From Candidatus Aegiribacteria sp. (GTDB lineage Bacteria; Fermentibacterota; Fermentibacteria; Fermentibacterales; JCC-6): a DNA stretch of 64,000 bases. The position numbers and the translations under genes are program-made. The notes under the pieces were generated by a model, which saw only the letters and a program-made list of their open reading frames with translations, did no database searches and had not been told where the DNA came from. Positions 26,041 through 35,484 of this stretch are shown here, piece after piece; position 1 is the stretch's first letter, and each line of letters begins with the position of its first letter. The stretch lies in contig JAGLOY010000105.1 of NCBI GenBank assembly GCA_023138735.1, positions 393 to 64,392 on the forward strand, written 5' to 3'.

Positions 26041-27447
26041 ATGGCAACGAAAGTAATAGTAGATCCGGTAACGCGAATAGAGGGTCACGCCAGGATAATA
26101 CTGGAAGTAAACGATTCGGGTAATATATCCAGCGGTCATTTGCAGGTTCTTGAAATAAGGGGATTCGAGAAATTGCTTGAGGGAATGGAACTTTTCAAGC
26201 TTCCTCTTATAACCGGCAGGATATGCGGAGTTTGTCCCGCTGCGCACCATCTGGCATCTGTAACCGCCATTGAGAATGGTCTGAAAGTTAAGATTCCAGC
26301 CGATGCAAAATTACTCAGGGAGTTGATGTATCTCGGTCATATTCTCCATTCACATTCTCTCAGTACATTCGTCCTTACAGGCCCCGATGTTCTTGTTGGG
26401 ATTGGAGCTAAGCCTGAGGATCGTAATGTTCTATCCCTGCTGAGCATGGCACCGGAGATAGTTAAGAAAGTACTCAGATTGAGAAGCATCGGTCAGAAGA
26501 TCGTTGAGATAGTAGGAGGAAGGGGCGTTCACCCTGTAACATCCGTTCCCGGAGGACAGGCTTACCGCCCGAGTGCAGATGAAATCACAAAAATAGGTCT
26601 CTGGAGTGTAGAAGCTGCTTCACTTGTTAAGGAACTCTCAGATGTCCTTATGAAAAAGCTCGAGAATATCTCTGATCTCAGAGAAATAGCGGAGCTTCCC
26701 TTCCATTCGGTAGCCCTTTCCGATAACAACAATGTTACATTCATGCAGAATATCTGTAAAGTTCTTACCCCTTCAGGAGAAGAAGAAAGAACCTTTACCG
26801 CGGATGATTATGCGGACAACCTGGTGGAACATCAGATGCAGGGATCTTACATGAGATCTGTAAGGCTCAAATCCGGAGGAGAAGAGAAGAAGTACTTCGT
26901 TGGTCCCCTTGCAAGGCTCAACGTTAACAGCAGTTTCTCAACTCCTGAAGCAAATAGTCTCCTTGCAGGTTTCAAAGCTATAGGCAGCCCCAGGCTGTCA
27001 GCACTTGATTATCTTGAAGCCAGGCTCATAGAAATGGTTTTCTGCACCGAGAGAATCACTGAGATCTGCGGAGGTGAATTGGGGGATGGGCCGATCATTA
27101 CCGAGGCTTCTCCTGCAGGAGGCCGTTTCAGAGGCATAATCGAAGCTCCCAGAGGCATACTGATCCATGATTACGAAGCTGATGATGATGGTAAGATTAC
27201 CAGTGCAAACCTCATAGTCGCGACGCAGAACAACTACGATGCAATAGATCATGCGATTACCTCTCTTGCCAGGCACTTCAAACAATCGGGGGATGAAAAT
27301 ATTCTGATGAACGGCGCTGAATTCGCCCTCAGATGTTTCGACCCATGCCTCGCCTGTGCCACCCATGCGGCAGGCAGCATGCCCATGAAAATTGAACTCA
27401 GAAGAAATGGCAGAACCTTCAGAGTACTCAGAAGGGAGGGCAAATGA
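26041..27447 (+). CDS. [NiFe]-hydrogenase large subunit, MvhA-like (group 3 type)
   Basis: VTRIEGH, RICGVCPAAHH and DPCLACATH active-site motifs. 26-aa C-terminal extension after the His. Confidence 0.95.
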   Translation: MATKVIVDPVTRIEGHARIILEVNDSGNISSGHLQVLEIRGFEKLLEGMELFKLPLITGRICGVCPAAHHLASVTAIENGLKVKIPADAKLLRELMYLGHILHSHSLSTFVLTGPDVLVGIGAKPEDRNVLSLLSMAPEIVKKVLRLRSIGQKIVEIVGGRGVHPVTSVPGGQAYRPSADEITKIGLWSVEAASLVKELSDVLMKKLENISDLREIAELPFHSVALSDNNNVTFMQNICKVLTPSGEEERTFTADDYADNLVEHQMQGSYMRSVRLKSGGEEKKYFVGPLARLNVNSSFSTPEANSLLAGFKAIGSPRLSALDYLEARLIEMVFCTERITEICGGELGDGPIITEASPAGGRFRGIIEAPRGILIHDYEADDDGKITSANLIVATQNNYDAIDHAITSLARHFKQSGDENILMNGAEFALRCFDPCLACATHAAGSMPMKIELRRNGRTFRVLRREGK

Positions 27448-28172
27448 TGATAAAGATAATAATAGATGAAGATGCATGCGTAGGATGCGAACTTTGTGTT
27501 GATGAATGTCCTACGGATGTATTCGAATTCAACGAGGAGAAGAAAATACCGGAGGTTGTCCGGGAAAAGGAGTGTTTCGGTTGCCTCAGCTGCAGTGAAA
27601 TATGCCCTGCTTCCGCGATTACTCACGAGGATATCATACAATCGGAAGACTACTACCATGATGAGGAGAATGTATTACTCGTTTCCAGGCTCGCGGTCGA
27701 TGTACCACTCCCCAATACTCCATCCGATGAAGAACATAGAAAAGCGGCACTTGAGGATCTGGGTATTAGATTGCTTTCGGTGGCTGCGATATTCCGCCAG
27801 ACACTGGGAGGAAGTCTTCCCGCCGTTGGCACTATGGCAGGGAGAACGCTTGCCACACAGCTTCCCCGGTACAGGATTCCTCAATCCTTCGAGGAAGCGC
27901 TTGATATTGCAGTTGCGCAGTTCTCTCCCGCATGGGATCTGAAACCAGACTACGATGGAGGTTCGAAACTTGAAATAAAAGTTAAGAACTGCTTCATCCG
28001 TGAGCTGTGCAAAGAAGAAGGGATAGAGCTTGGAGAAGACCTGTGCATACTTTTTTATAATTATCTGGCAGGATATGCCGGAAAGCTTGGAAATGCCCGT
28101 CTGAAGCTTATCGAATCTTGTCCAGGCAGTAAAGAATGCAAGTACGATATCGAGGTATTCATTAAAAAATGA
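27444..28172 (+). CDS. 2[4Fe-4S] ferredoxin domain fused to a V4R domain
   Basis: CVGCELCVDECP and CFGCLSCSEICP. C-terminal CFIRELC...AGYAG...ESCPGSKECKYDIEV is V4R-like. Overlaps both neighbouring genes. Confidence 0.7.
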   Translation: MMIKIIIDEDACVGCELCVDECPTDVFEFNEEKKIPEVVREKECFGCLSCSEICPASAITHEDIIQSEDYYHDEENVLLVSRLAVDVPLPNTPSDEEHRKAALEDLGIRLLSVAAIFRQTLGGSLPAVGTMAGRTLATQLPRYRIPQSFEEALDIAVAQFSPAWDLKPDYDGGSKLEIKVKNCFIRELCKEEGIELGEDLCILFYNYLAGYAGKLGNARLKLIESCPGSKECKYDIEVFIKK

Positions 28173-28693
28173 TAGCCGATCAACGCTTTGTTCACCTGCT
28201 TGGCATAATAGGTGTAGGCAACACACTTGCAGGAGATGATGGTGCAGGAAATGCCGTTGTAAGCAGGCTTAAGGAGAAATATCCTGACAGTACCGATGTC
28301 TTTCTTCACAACCTGGAGACTGATCCTCTGGAATTATGGGATGTGCTTCCATCTGCGAAGAAGTTCATATTCGTGGATGCCGTTGCCGGGAAACCTGCCG
28401 GCAGGCTTGTCGCGGTTTCGAAAAGAGGAATGAGAAGAGCCTGGGCACCGTCTCTTCACAACATGGATTTGCCCACAGTAATAAGGCAGCTGTACCTCCT
28501 CCGGGGGGAAGATGAACCGGAATGGAATATCTGGGGAGTTACCATCGATATTCCGGATCATTTACAGGAAGGTCTGTCCTCGGCAGTATCCGAAGCCGTG
28601 GAGAGCCTTGTTGAAATACTATCAGAAAGGATTGAATCGGAAGACTACAGTGTAGAGGTACCGATTATCTTTGAACAATTTGAGAATACCTGA
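28169..28693 (+). CDS. [NiFe]-hydrogenase maturation endopeptidase (second copy in the window)
   Basis: GVGNTLAGDDGAGNAVV signature. Confidence 0.8.
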   Translation: MIADQRFVHLLGIIGVGNTLAGDDGAGNAVVSRLKEKYPDSTDVFLHNLETDPLELWDVLPSAKKFIFVDAVAGKPAGRLVAVSKRGMRRAWAPSLHNMDLPTVIRQLYLLRGEDEPEWNIWGVTIDIPDHLQEGLSSAVSEAVESLVEILSERIESEDYSVEVPIIFEQFENT

Positions 28694-28709
28694 TAAGAAA
28701 GGACCCTCT

Positions 28710-29234
28710 ATGGATCGTGAAAATAGTTTTTTTGCTCCTGTGAATTTTCTGGAAGAGAAAGATTTTGTTGACGCCTGTGGTTTACGTAGCACGGAGGAAC
28801 AGGAAGTAGTAATCGATCAGGGGTCTTTCAGCAATGATCTGTTCATAATCAAGAGTGGTCGTTTCGTTGTGAGTGATTCAAAGGGTGAGGAATTCGTTCT
28901 TGCCGCACTTTCCGAAGGTGACGTGTTCGGTGAAATGGCCTTCTTCAGAAGCGGAATAAGATCGGCCACCGTAACCTGTGTTACCCCTGGTGAGATTCTC
29001 TTTATCAGCAGGGATTCTTTTAAAGAATTACACGCGAAGCACCCCGATCTCTCGATAAGGATTGTATGTACACTGGCTGGGATGCTTTCTGACAGGCTAA
29101 AACATGCTGACGCGACCCTCAGCCTTCTATCGGATGACAGCGAGCTGAGACAGCGTTACGAAATACGCAGGCTCATAAGAGAATTGAAGATGTCGGTTCA
29201 TAAGCATCGCAGCAACGAAGCAACGGGTGAATGA
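28710..29234 (+). CDS. Stand-alone cyclic-nucleotide-binding (CAP_ED) domain protein without an HTH
   Basis: GDVFGEMAFF...RSATV phosphate-binding cassette. ATG 28710 is preferred over the TTG at 28671. Confidence 0.8.
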   Translation: MDRENSFFAPVNFLEEKDFVDACGLRSTEEQEVVIDQGSFSNDLFIIKSGRFVVSDSKGEEFVLAALSEGDVFGEMAFFRSGIRSATVTCVTPGEILFISRDSFKELHAKHPDLSIRIVCTLAGMLSDRLKHADATLSLLSDDSELRQRYEIRRLIRELKMSVHKHRSNEATGE

Positions 29235-29267
29235 CCCCTGTATTCAAATTCCACTACAGGAGTCTGA

Positions 29268-32200
29268 ATGGATAGCAAGACATCCAGCCGTTTTAACAGT
29301 ATTGGCATAGATTCTCTTACAGGTTTGAAAGACAGATCGTTTCTTGAAAGCATAAACGAGAAGTATTTCACCAAGGATAGTCCCTTGTCACTTCTCATGC
29401 TTGATGTTGATCACTTTAAATTGATAAATGATATCTATGGACACCTGACAGGAGACAAGGTTCTCAGACAGACTGCCCTTACGATACAGGTTAATCTCAA
29501 GGAATCTGATATCGCAGTAAGATTCGGCGGAGATGAATTCATCGTAATCCTTCCAGATACCTCGGAAGAGGGAGCGCTTGACCTGACCCAGAGGCTGATC
29601 TACGAGATAAAGCGGGTTGCGTTCACACCGGGGCTCCACGTAAGCCTTTCTATTGGAGTAAGTCAGAGCAGAAATTCCGATGTATCTATCATGGACCTTG
29701 TCTCACGTGCAGACAGGGCTCTGTACAAGGCCAAGGAGGCCGGCAGAGGAAGATTTTTCTTCTTCACTGAGGACCTTGCAGATTCTAAAGCTCCCGATAT
29801 CAATTTTTCTCATCTTGTAGGACGGAGATCTGAGCTACATAAACTTAGACAGCTCCTTGAAGAATCCGTGACAGATTCCGCCAGATTTGCAATCATTTCA
29901 GGGGAAGCTGGTGTAGGTAAGACTAGGCTCGTGAAAGAATTGCTGAATTACTGTGATTTCATTAAATCAGTTGTCTTGAGAAATTCGGTCATGGAGTATG
30001 CGCAGACGCAACCATTTGCCCTTCTGATAGAACCCGTCAGAGAAGTACTGTCCAGCCTCACTGACAGCGAACTTAGTTTGGTACGTACCGTTGTAGAGCC
30101 TGTTCATCCTGCCACGCTCGATCTATTTCCTGACCTGAAGGCGTCCGTTATGGATGAAACTATCTACTTTCGTGAAGAGAGACTCAGATTCAGGATATTC
30201 AGGGACATTTCAGTTCTTCTTGCTGCTGTTTCCGCGATTCATCCAATAACCTTAATACTGGATAACCTTCAATGGATTACTGAGCCTGATCTTGCCATAT
30301 TATCATTCGTTGCAAGGAATACACCTGAAGCGAACATCCTTTACCTGTGTATACTGAGGGTGAGTGAATTGTCGGATGAGACTTTCAAGAAACTCTCTGC
30401 TATCAGTACATCACTGCCTCTTCTCAGACTTGAGATCGACAAGATGACCGTTGAAGAAACGCGGAATATGATACTGTTTGCCCTTAAGGACCCGAATATA
30501 CCTTCCGAGGTTCAGGATTTCCTGATTTCCCAGTCTGGTGGGAATCCGCTGTTTTTAAGGGAACTCCTTACATCATGTGTGGATTCCGGATATATAACGT
30601 GTGATAAATCCGGAGAAAGCATCTATAACCTGCCGAACGATATTGAAGTGCCTGAGACAATTGGACAGATAATTACGCTGAAGCTTGCCGCCATAAGCAC
30701 TGAAGCCGGTGAACTGCTAAAAATAGTTTCCCTTTCACCGGATCAGTTCACACTTTCGCTGCTCGAAGGTATGACTGGTCACGATAAGGTTGAACTTGCT
30801 CGAAAACTGGATGAATGTACAAAAGCCGGACTGATTGAAGAGTTCAGCGATGGCAGAAGGGGCGTCTGTTTCAGGTTTACACACGGTGCTGCGCGGGATT
30901 ACCTGTCCGCTTACCTTCCAGATTCGCTGAAGCTAACCTACCATCAGAGGATGGCAGCATATTTTGAAGAGCTATTCGTAAAGGACAGGAAGGAACTTCT
31001 AACAGCTGTTGCATACCACTACTCCCGCAGCCAGGATGATGATAATGCCGCGCGATACGCCCTGCTTGCAGCGACTCAGGCCTTCAACAGGGGAGCCAAC
31101 AGAGATGCAATACACTGGTATACAATCTTCCTGGAGAGAATCCACCCGGATTCGGAGTCTGCCAGGAAATTCTCTGTCCATATCAATCTGGGTTCACTTT
31201 ATTCCATTACCGGTGAAGTGGAAATGGCGGACAATTACCTTGAACTGGCACTGGAACTGGCATCAAGTCCCAGAGAATTCGCTGCAGCTCATTTAAGGCT
31301 TGGAAGGAACAACCTGAACAGGAGTCTCTATCCGGAAACCCTTGAGAGTTACAGCAAGGCAGTTAAGATGTGCATGGAGGATGATTCAGGAGATCCGGTC
31401 GTTTTCAGGCTGCTTCTCGAGACACTGATAGAGACATCCTTTGTACATAGGCTTCAAGGGAACTACGATGAAGCCTTTGCTTGCCTTGACCGGGCCTCCA
31501 AAGCCATGAAAGAAAGTAATACCGGGATATATGATGATATTCAGGCCCAGTATTACACAAGAAGAGCTGATGTCATATCGGAGCTGGATTCCCAGAATGA
31601 TGCTCTTGAACTTTACGAAAGAGCCCTGGAGATATACAGAAGGATCGATGATATGCCCGGACAGGGTACGGTACTGAATAATATGCATTCCATCTATGCC
31701 CACAATGGTGATTACGCCACCAGCCTCAGCACGATGGAGGAATCCATCCGTATTAATCTGAAACTGGATGATAAGCTTGGCCTCGCCATAGGGTACTACA
31801 ATGTTGCTGAATATTACCAGGAGATAAACATGCTGGACCAGGCCAGGGAGTACTATGATAAGTACATGGAACTGAACGATATCATCAAGAATGAACTCGG
31901 CTTCGGATACGGAAGGTTCGGTCTTGGGAATCTTCATTGGCTCGAAGGAGAACTTGAAAAATCAAGGTTTTATTTTGAGGGTGCTCTGGAGGTATTCGAG
32001 AAGTTGCGATTCGACCAGATGAAAACAACCTGTGATCTTATGATAGCCCAGATACATGTTCAGATGGGTGAGTTTGATAAGGCGAAAGAGATACTGGACT
32101 TCATCGATGATGATACAATGAATCCAACAGTTGATCTCAATACACTTTACATGAAAGGTCTTGTACAGCTTCACCATCCGGATTCGGACAGGGAATCCCT

Positions 32201-32504
32201 TGAACGCGCAGAGGAAATATTAAGAAAAGTTATTAACTCCTCAACGGATCATTCGGAAGTAGATATTGCAATGTACTATTCGGCTCTGAATACAGCTCTG
32301 CAAAACCTCGGCAGAGATGAAGACATGATCGCAGCCCTTATAGAAGGGTCTATCAAACTCGCGGAACAACTACAACGCATTCAATCCTATTCCATAAGGA
32401 ACAGCATAATGACCAGACGCGAGATCGCAGAATTCATAGACCTCTGCCTCAGTAACAACCTGCCTTTTCCCCCCGATGGATTTGTTTTCAGAACAGACCG
32501 ATGA
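29268..32504 (+). CDS. GGDEF diguanylate cyclase fused to a STAND (AAA_16) NTPase and TPR repeats
   Basis: RFGGDEFIV active-site motif, Walker A GEAGVGKTRL, and C-terminal TPR-like repeats. 1078 aa. Confidence 0.85.
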   Translation: MDSKTSSRFNSIGIDSLTGLKDRSFLESINEKYFTKDSPLSLLMLDVDHFKLINDIYGHLTGDKVLRQTALTIQVNLKESDIAVRFGGDEFIVILPDTSEEGALDLTQRLIYEIKRVAFTPGLHVSLSIGVSQSRNSDVSIMDLVSRADRALYKAKEAGRGRFFFFTEDLADSKAPDINFSHLVGRRSELHKLRQLLEESVTDSARFAIISGEAGVGKTRLVKELLNYCDFIKSVVLRNSVMEYAQTQPFALLIEPVREVLSSLTDSELSLVRTVVEPVHPATLDLFPDLKASVMDETIYFREERLRFRIFRDISVLLAAVSAIHPITLILDNLQWITEPDLAILSFVARNTPEANILYLCILRVSELSDETFKKLSAISTSLPLLRLEIDKMTVEETRNMILFALKDPNIPSEVQDFLISQSGGNPLFLRELLTSCVDSGYITCDKSGESIYNLPNDIEVPETIGQIITLKLAAISTEAGELLKIVSLSPDQFTLSLLEGMTGHDKVELARKLDECTKAGLIEEFSDGRRGVCFRFTHGAARDYLSAYLPDSLKLTYHQRMAAYFEELFVKDRKELLTAVAYHYSRSQDDDNAARYALLAATQAFNRGANRDAIHWYTIFLERIHPDSESARKFSVHINLGSLYSITGEVEMADNYLELALELASSPREFAAAHLRLGRNNLNRSLYPETLESYSKAVKMCMEDDSGDPVVFRLLLETLIETSFVHRLQGNYDEAFACLDRASKAMKESNTGIYDDIQAQYYTRRADVISELDSQNDALELYERALEIYRRIDDMPGQGTVLNNMHSIYAHNGDYATSLSTMEESIRINLKLDDKLGLAIGYYNVAEYYQEINMLDQAREYYDKYMELNDIIKNELGFGYGRFGLGNLHWLEGELEKSRFYFEGALEVFEKLRFDQMKTTCDLMIAQIHVQMGEFDKAKEILDFIDDDTMNPTVDLNTLYMKGLVQLHHPDSDRESLERAEEILRKVINSSTDHSEVDIAMYYSALNTALQNLGRDEDMIAALIEGSIKLAEQLQRIQSYSIRNSIMTRREIAEFIDLCLSNNLPFPPDGFVFRTDR

Positions 32505-32639
32505 AGCATCCCCGTGGAAGCCGGTCATATCGAAACTTGACTTCGCAGGACAATTAGTCGTATCATCCATTCCTGTTGTTAAGAAACAGGCTGACCTCTG
32601 TTATTCTTAGAGGTAGATCACGAAAATGAGAGATATTTA

Positions 32640-34016
32640 ATGAAAATCGTTTTTATGAAAACTGCAGTTCTGATATTGCTGATCGCAATGTTTCTGCTGT
32701 CATGCTCGGATAACGACAGTGAGGTAGACGGGATACCTGAAGAACTAGCTCAGGATGTATCTGAACACATAAATATAATACTGATAATAATCGATACACT
32801 CCGTGCAGATCATCTCTCATGCTATGGTTACCATCGATTAACCTCACCAACCATAGACAGTCTAGCTGCAGCTGGTACGATCTGGGTTAATGCTCAAGCT
32901 CAAGCTCCATGGACTCTTCCAGCGCATGCCAGCATATGGACCGGTCTGACCGTAAGGTCCCACAGAACTGAAACCAACCGCAATTGGATACGAAGTGATA
33001 GTTCAGGAAAGAATTACGCACTTGATGAAAACCTCCTTTCAATTCCCGTACTTCTCAGTGAAGCCGGTTTCAGCACCTGCGGGATCGCGAATGTGTGCCT
33101 GCTCGGCGATATTTACGGATTTGATAATGGTTTTAATAACTATTCATGTAATAGTGCCGGGCATGGTATGGCTGCAGTATCTGTGGATTCTCTGATAGTC
33201 TGGCTGGAGGAGAATAGTATGGAGCGTTTTTTCTGCATGCTGCACCTTTATGATGTACACGATCCATACGATCCACCCAGCCCGTATAACGCATTATTTG
33301 ACACTGAGAACTCTGGAGAAGCGACCGTATGGGAGGTAGAGGATGGACTACTTCTGAATCCAGAAGACAGAGATCATCTTGTAGGTCAATACGATGGCGA
33401 AATAGCCTGGGTTGATGATAATCTGCGCACACTTTTTGCCTGGCTCCGTTCCAGAAATCTGAACGAAAACACTCTGATCATCGTAACTTCCGATCACGGT
33501 GAGGAATTCCTCGATCATGGCTGGGTGGATCACGGACATACATTATATCAGGAACTTGTTCATATTCCCCTTATAATAGCCGGACCGGGAATAAGCGAGG
33601 GTTTCGTAGATTCTTCCTTTGTAGGGCAATTCGATATACTCCCGACCATGATCTCCTGGGCAGGTGTTGATTGTAACGGGCAGTTCGAGGGAGTTAACAT
33701 CCTTACTGATGACTTAACTGGTGACAGGGTAATACCTGCAAGTGGTGTTGTACCGGTTCCATGGAGTACAGGTGGACATCTGGCATCAGTCGCTTCCAAT
33801 TCCCGAAAAACAATTGGTATGAGTGATCTGGAAACATTTATTACATTCGATCTTAATATGGATCCCGGAGAAGAGCATTCTCTTCCAGCGGATTCATTGG
33901 GAGTGGAGGAGGTTCTGTACTACTGGGCAACTCCGCAGCGCGGATATCCTGTATTTGCAATGCCCGGCCAGGTGGAAGTGAATGCTCTGAGAAACCTGGG
34001 TTATATAAACGATTAG
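32640..34016 (+). CDS. Sulfatase-family (alkaline-phosphatase superfamily) lipoprotein
   Basis: Lipobox FLLSC. IIIDTLRADHL, WTLPAHAS (Thr in place of the C/S-x-P-x-R motif), TSDHGEEFLDHG. Confidence 0.8.
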   Translation: MKIVFMKTAVLILLIAMFLLSCSDNDSEVDGIPEELAQDVSEHINIILIIIDTLRADHLSCYGYHRLTSPTIDSLAAAGTIWVNAQAQAPWTLPAHASIWTGLTVRSHRTETNRNWIRSDSSGKNYALDENLLSIPVLLSEAGFSTCGIANVCLLGDIYGFDNGFNNYSCNSAGHGMAAVSVDSLIVWLEENSMERFFCMLHLYDVHDPYDPPSPYNALFDTENSGEATVWEVEDGLLLNPEDRDHLVGQYDGEIAWVDDNLRTLFAWLRSRNLNENTLIIVTSDHGEEFLDHGWVDHGHTLYQELVHIPLIIAGPGISEGFVDSSFVGQFDILPTMISWAGVDCNGQFEGVNILTDDLTGDRVIPASGVVPVPWSTGGHLASVASNSRKTIGMSDLETFITFDLNMDPGEEHSLPADSLGVEEVLYYWATPQRGYPVFAMPGQVEVNALRNLGYIND

Positions 34017-34074
34017 CCTGTTCTTCTTCATAATCAGTTTACTATTCCTGTACATATGAAAGGAAGATCAATTC

Positions 34075-35451
34075 ATGATAGGAGATTTCCAGAGAATACT
34101 TCTTGTTTTCCCGGAAACGCGGTATCCATCAGGACAGCCTCCCCTGGGACTTGGAATGCTGGTAGCGATCTCAAGGAATCTGAACCGCCAGATCGAGGTG
34201 TTCGACATGTCCTTCCGGAGTCACCCTTTTGAGGATCTGAGGACGGAACTGATCAGATTCCAGCCGGATACGGTGGGGATTTCCATCATGACCCCTCAGC
34301 TTGCGGATGCATGCAGAACTGCCTCCATTTCGCGTGAATTATTGCCGGAGGCACTTATTATTGCAGGGGGGCCTCACGCGACTGTTTTACCTGATGATAC
34401 GATCAGGAGAACCGGAGCGAATCTGGTTTATTCAGGTGAAGCTGAAAGAGCCTGGGCAGCTCTATTAGATGGTGTGGAACCCTCTGCTATCCCGGGAATG
34501 ACAATGATTAAAGAAGGGAAAATTCTCAGCGTTCCCGGTTTGATGCTCACTGAGGACCTGGACACACTTCCACTTCCCGACAGATCAGTATTCGATATGG
34601 AGAAATACTTCGCCTCATGGTACTCCATGGACAGAGTTGATCCCCGCCTCAGGGGAACATCCATAATGGCTACCAGAGGGTGCCCGTTCAAGTGTACCTT
34701 CTGCCAGCCAACGCTTAGTGAGATATTCGGAAAGAGAACCCGTAAACGTTCCCCTGAATCTATAGTCGAAGAACTTGAATCGATTGTAAAGGACTATGGT
34801 ATTAACGCTTTCATGTTCGAGGATTCCACTTTCATAATCGATGCGGAGTGGGTTAGAAGCATATGCGAGCTGATGATAGATAAAAACCTGAGACTCCGAT
34901 GGTGCTGTAATGTCAGAGCTGACCTCCTGACCGAGGATCTTCTCGATATCATGATAAAAGCCGGGTTGTCCAAGATAAATATGGGCGTGGAGTCTGCTTC
35001 CCAGAGGGTTCTTGATGAGATCTATGAAAAAGGAATTACCGTTGCTGGAGTAAGAAGAGCCCTCCGTATGGCAAAGGAGAGAGGTGTTAGAGTTCAGGGT
35101 TACTTCATGCTGGGAGCTCCAGGGGAAACGCATGAGGAGATGAAGAAGACTATCAGTTTTGCCTCGCGGGAACCCTTTGATGATGCCCTGTTCGATATTA
35201 CGACTCCATTTCCCCATACCGAACTCTGGGAAAGAACAAAAGAATTCATAACTAAGGATTACGAGGATTTTGATTGTTTTCACAAATCGGTGTACGAACT
35301 TGAGGGTTTCAATCCGGATAAAATAGAAAGAATGAAGAAGAGGGCTTTTTTCAGGTTCTACCTGCATCCGAGAAGAATACTGCAAACCCTGAAGACTATT
35401 ATGGGTTCCAGTAACCTGAAAAGAACCCTGATAAAGATCAGAAGGATATAG
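34075..35451 (+). CDS. B12-binding-domain radical SAM enzyme (class B)
   Basis: N-terminal Rossmann-like B12 domain and a RGCPFKCTFC CxxxCxxC motif. Confidence 0.85.
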   Translation: MIGDFQRILLVFPETRYPSGQPPLGLGMLVAISRNLNRQIEVFDMSFRSHPFEDLRTELIRFQPDTVGISIMTPQLADACRTASISRELLPEALIIAGGPHATVLPDDTIRRTGANLVYSGEAERAWAALLDGVEPSAIPGMTMIKEGKILSVPGLMLTEDLDTLPLPDRSVFDMEKYFASWYSMDRVDPRLRGTSIMATRGCPFKCTFCQPTLSEIFGKRTRKRSPESIVEELESIVKDYGINAFMFEDSTFIIDAEWVRSICELMIDKNLRLRWCCNVRADLLTEDLLDIMIKAGLSKINMGVESASQRVLDEIYEKGITVAGVRRALRMAKERGVRVQGYFMLGAPGETHEEMKKTISFASREPFDDALFDITTPFPHTELWERTKEFITKDYEDFDCFHKSVYELEGFNPDKIERMKKRAFFRFYLHPRRILQTLKTIMGSSNLKRTLIKIRRI

Positions 35452-35484
35452 TTATTATTTCATTCGAATGACTGGAGAACAGGA

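Noticed and set aside
29268-32504. The STAND NTPase with a TPR sensor resembles antiviral Avs/AVAST-type defence proteins.
   Set aside because: The N-terminal domain is an intact GGDEF cyclase rather than a nuclease, protease or other toxic effector. The gene also sits in an operon-like array of signalling genes. The architecture is closer to the cyclase-ATPase-TPR signalling family.
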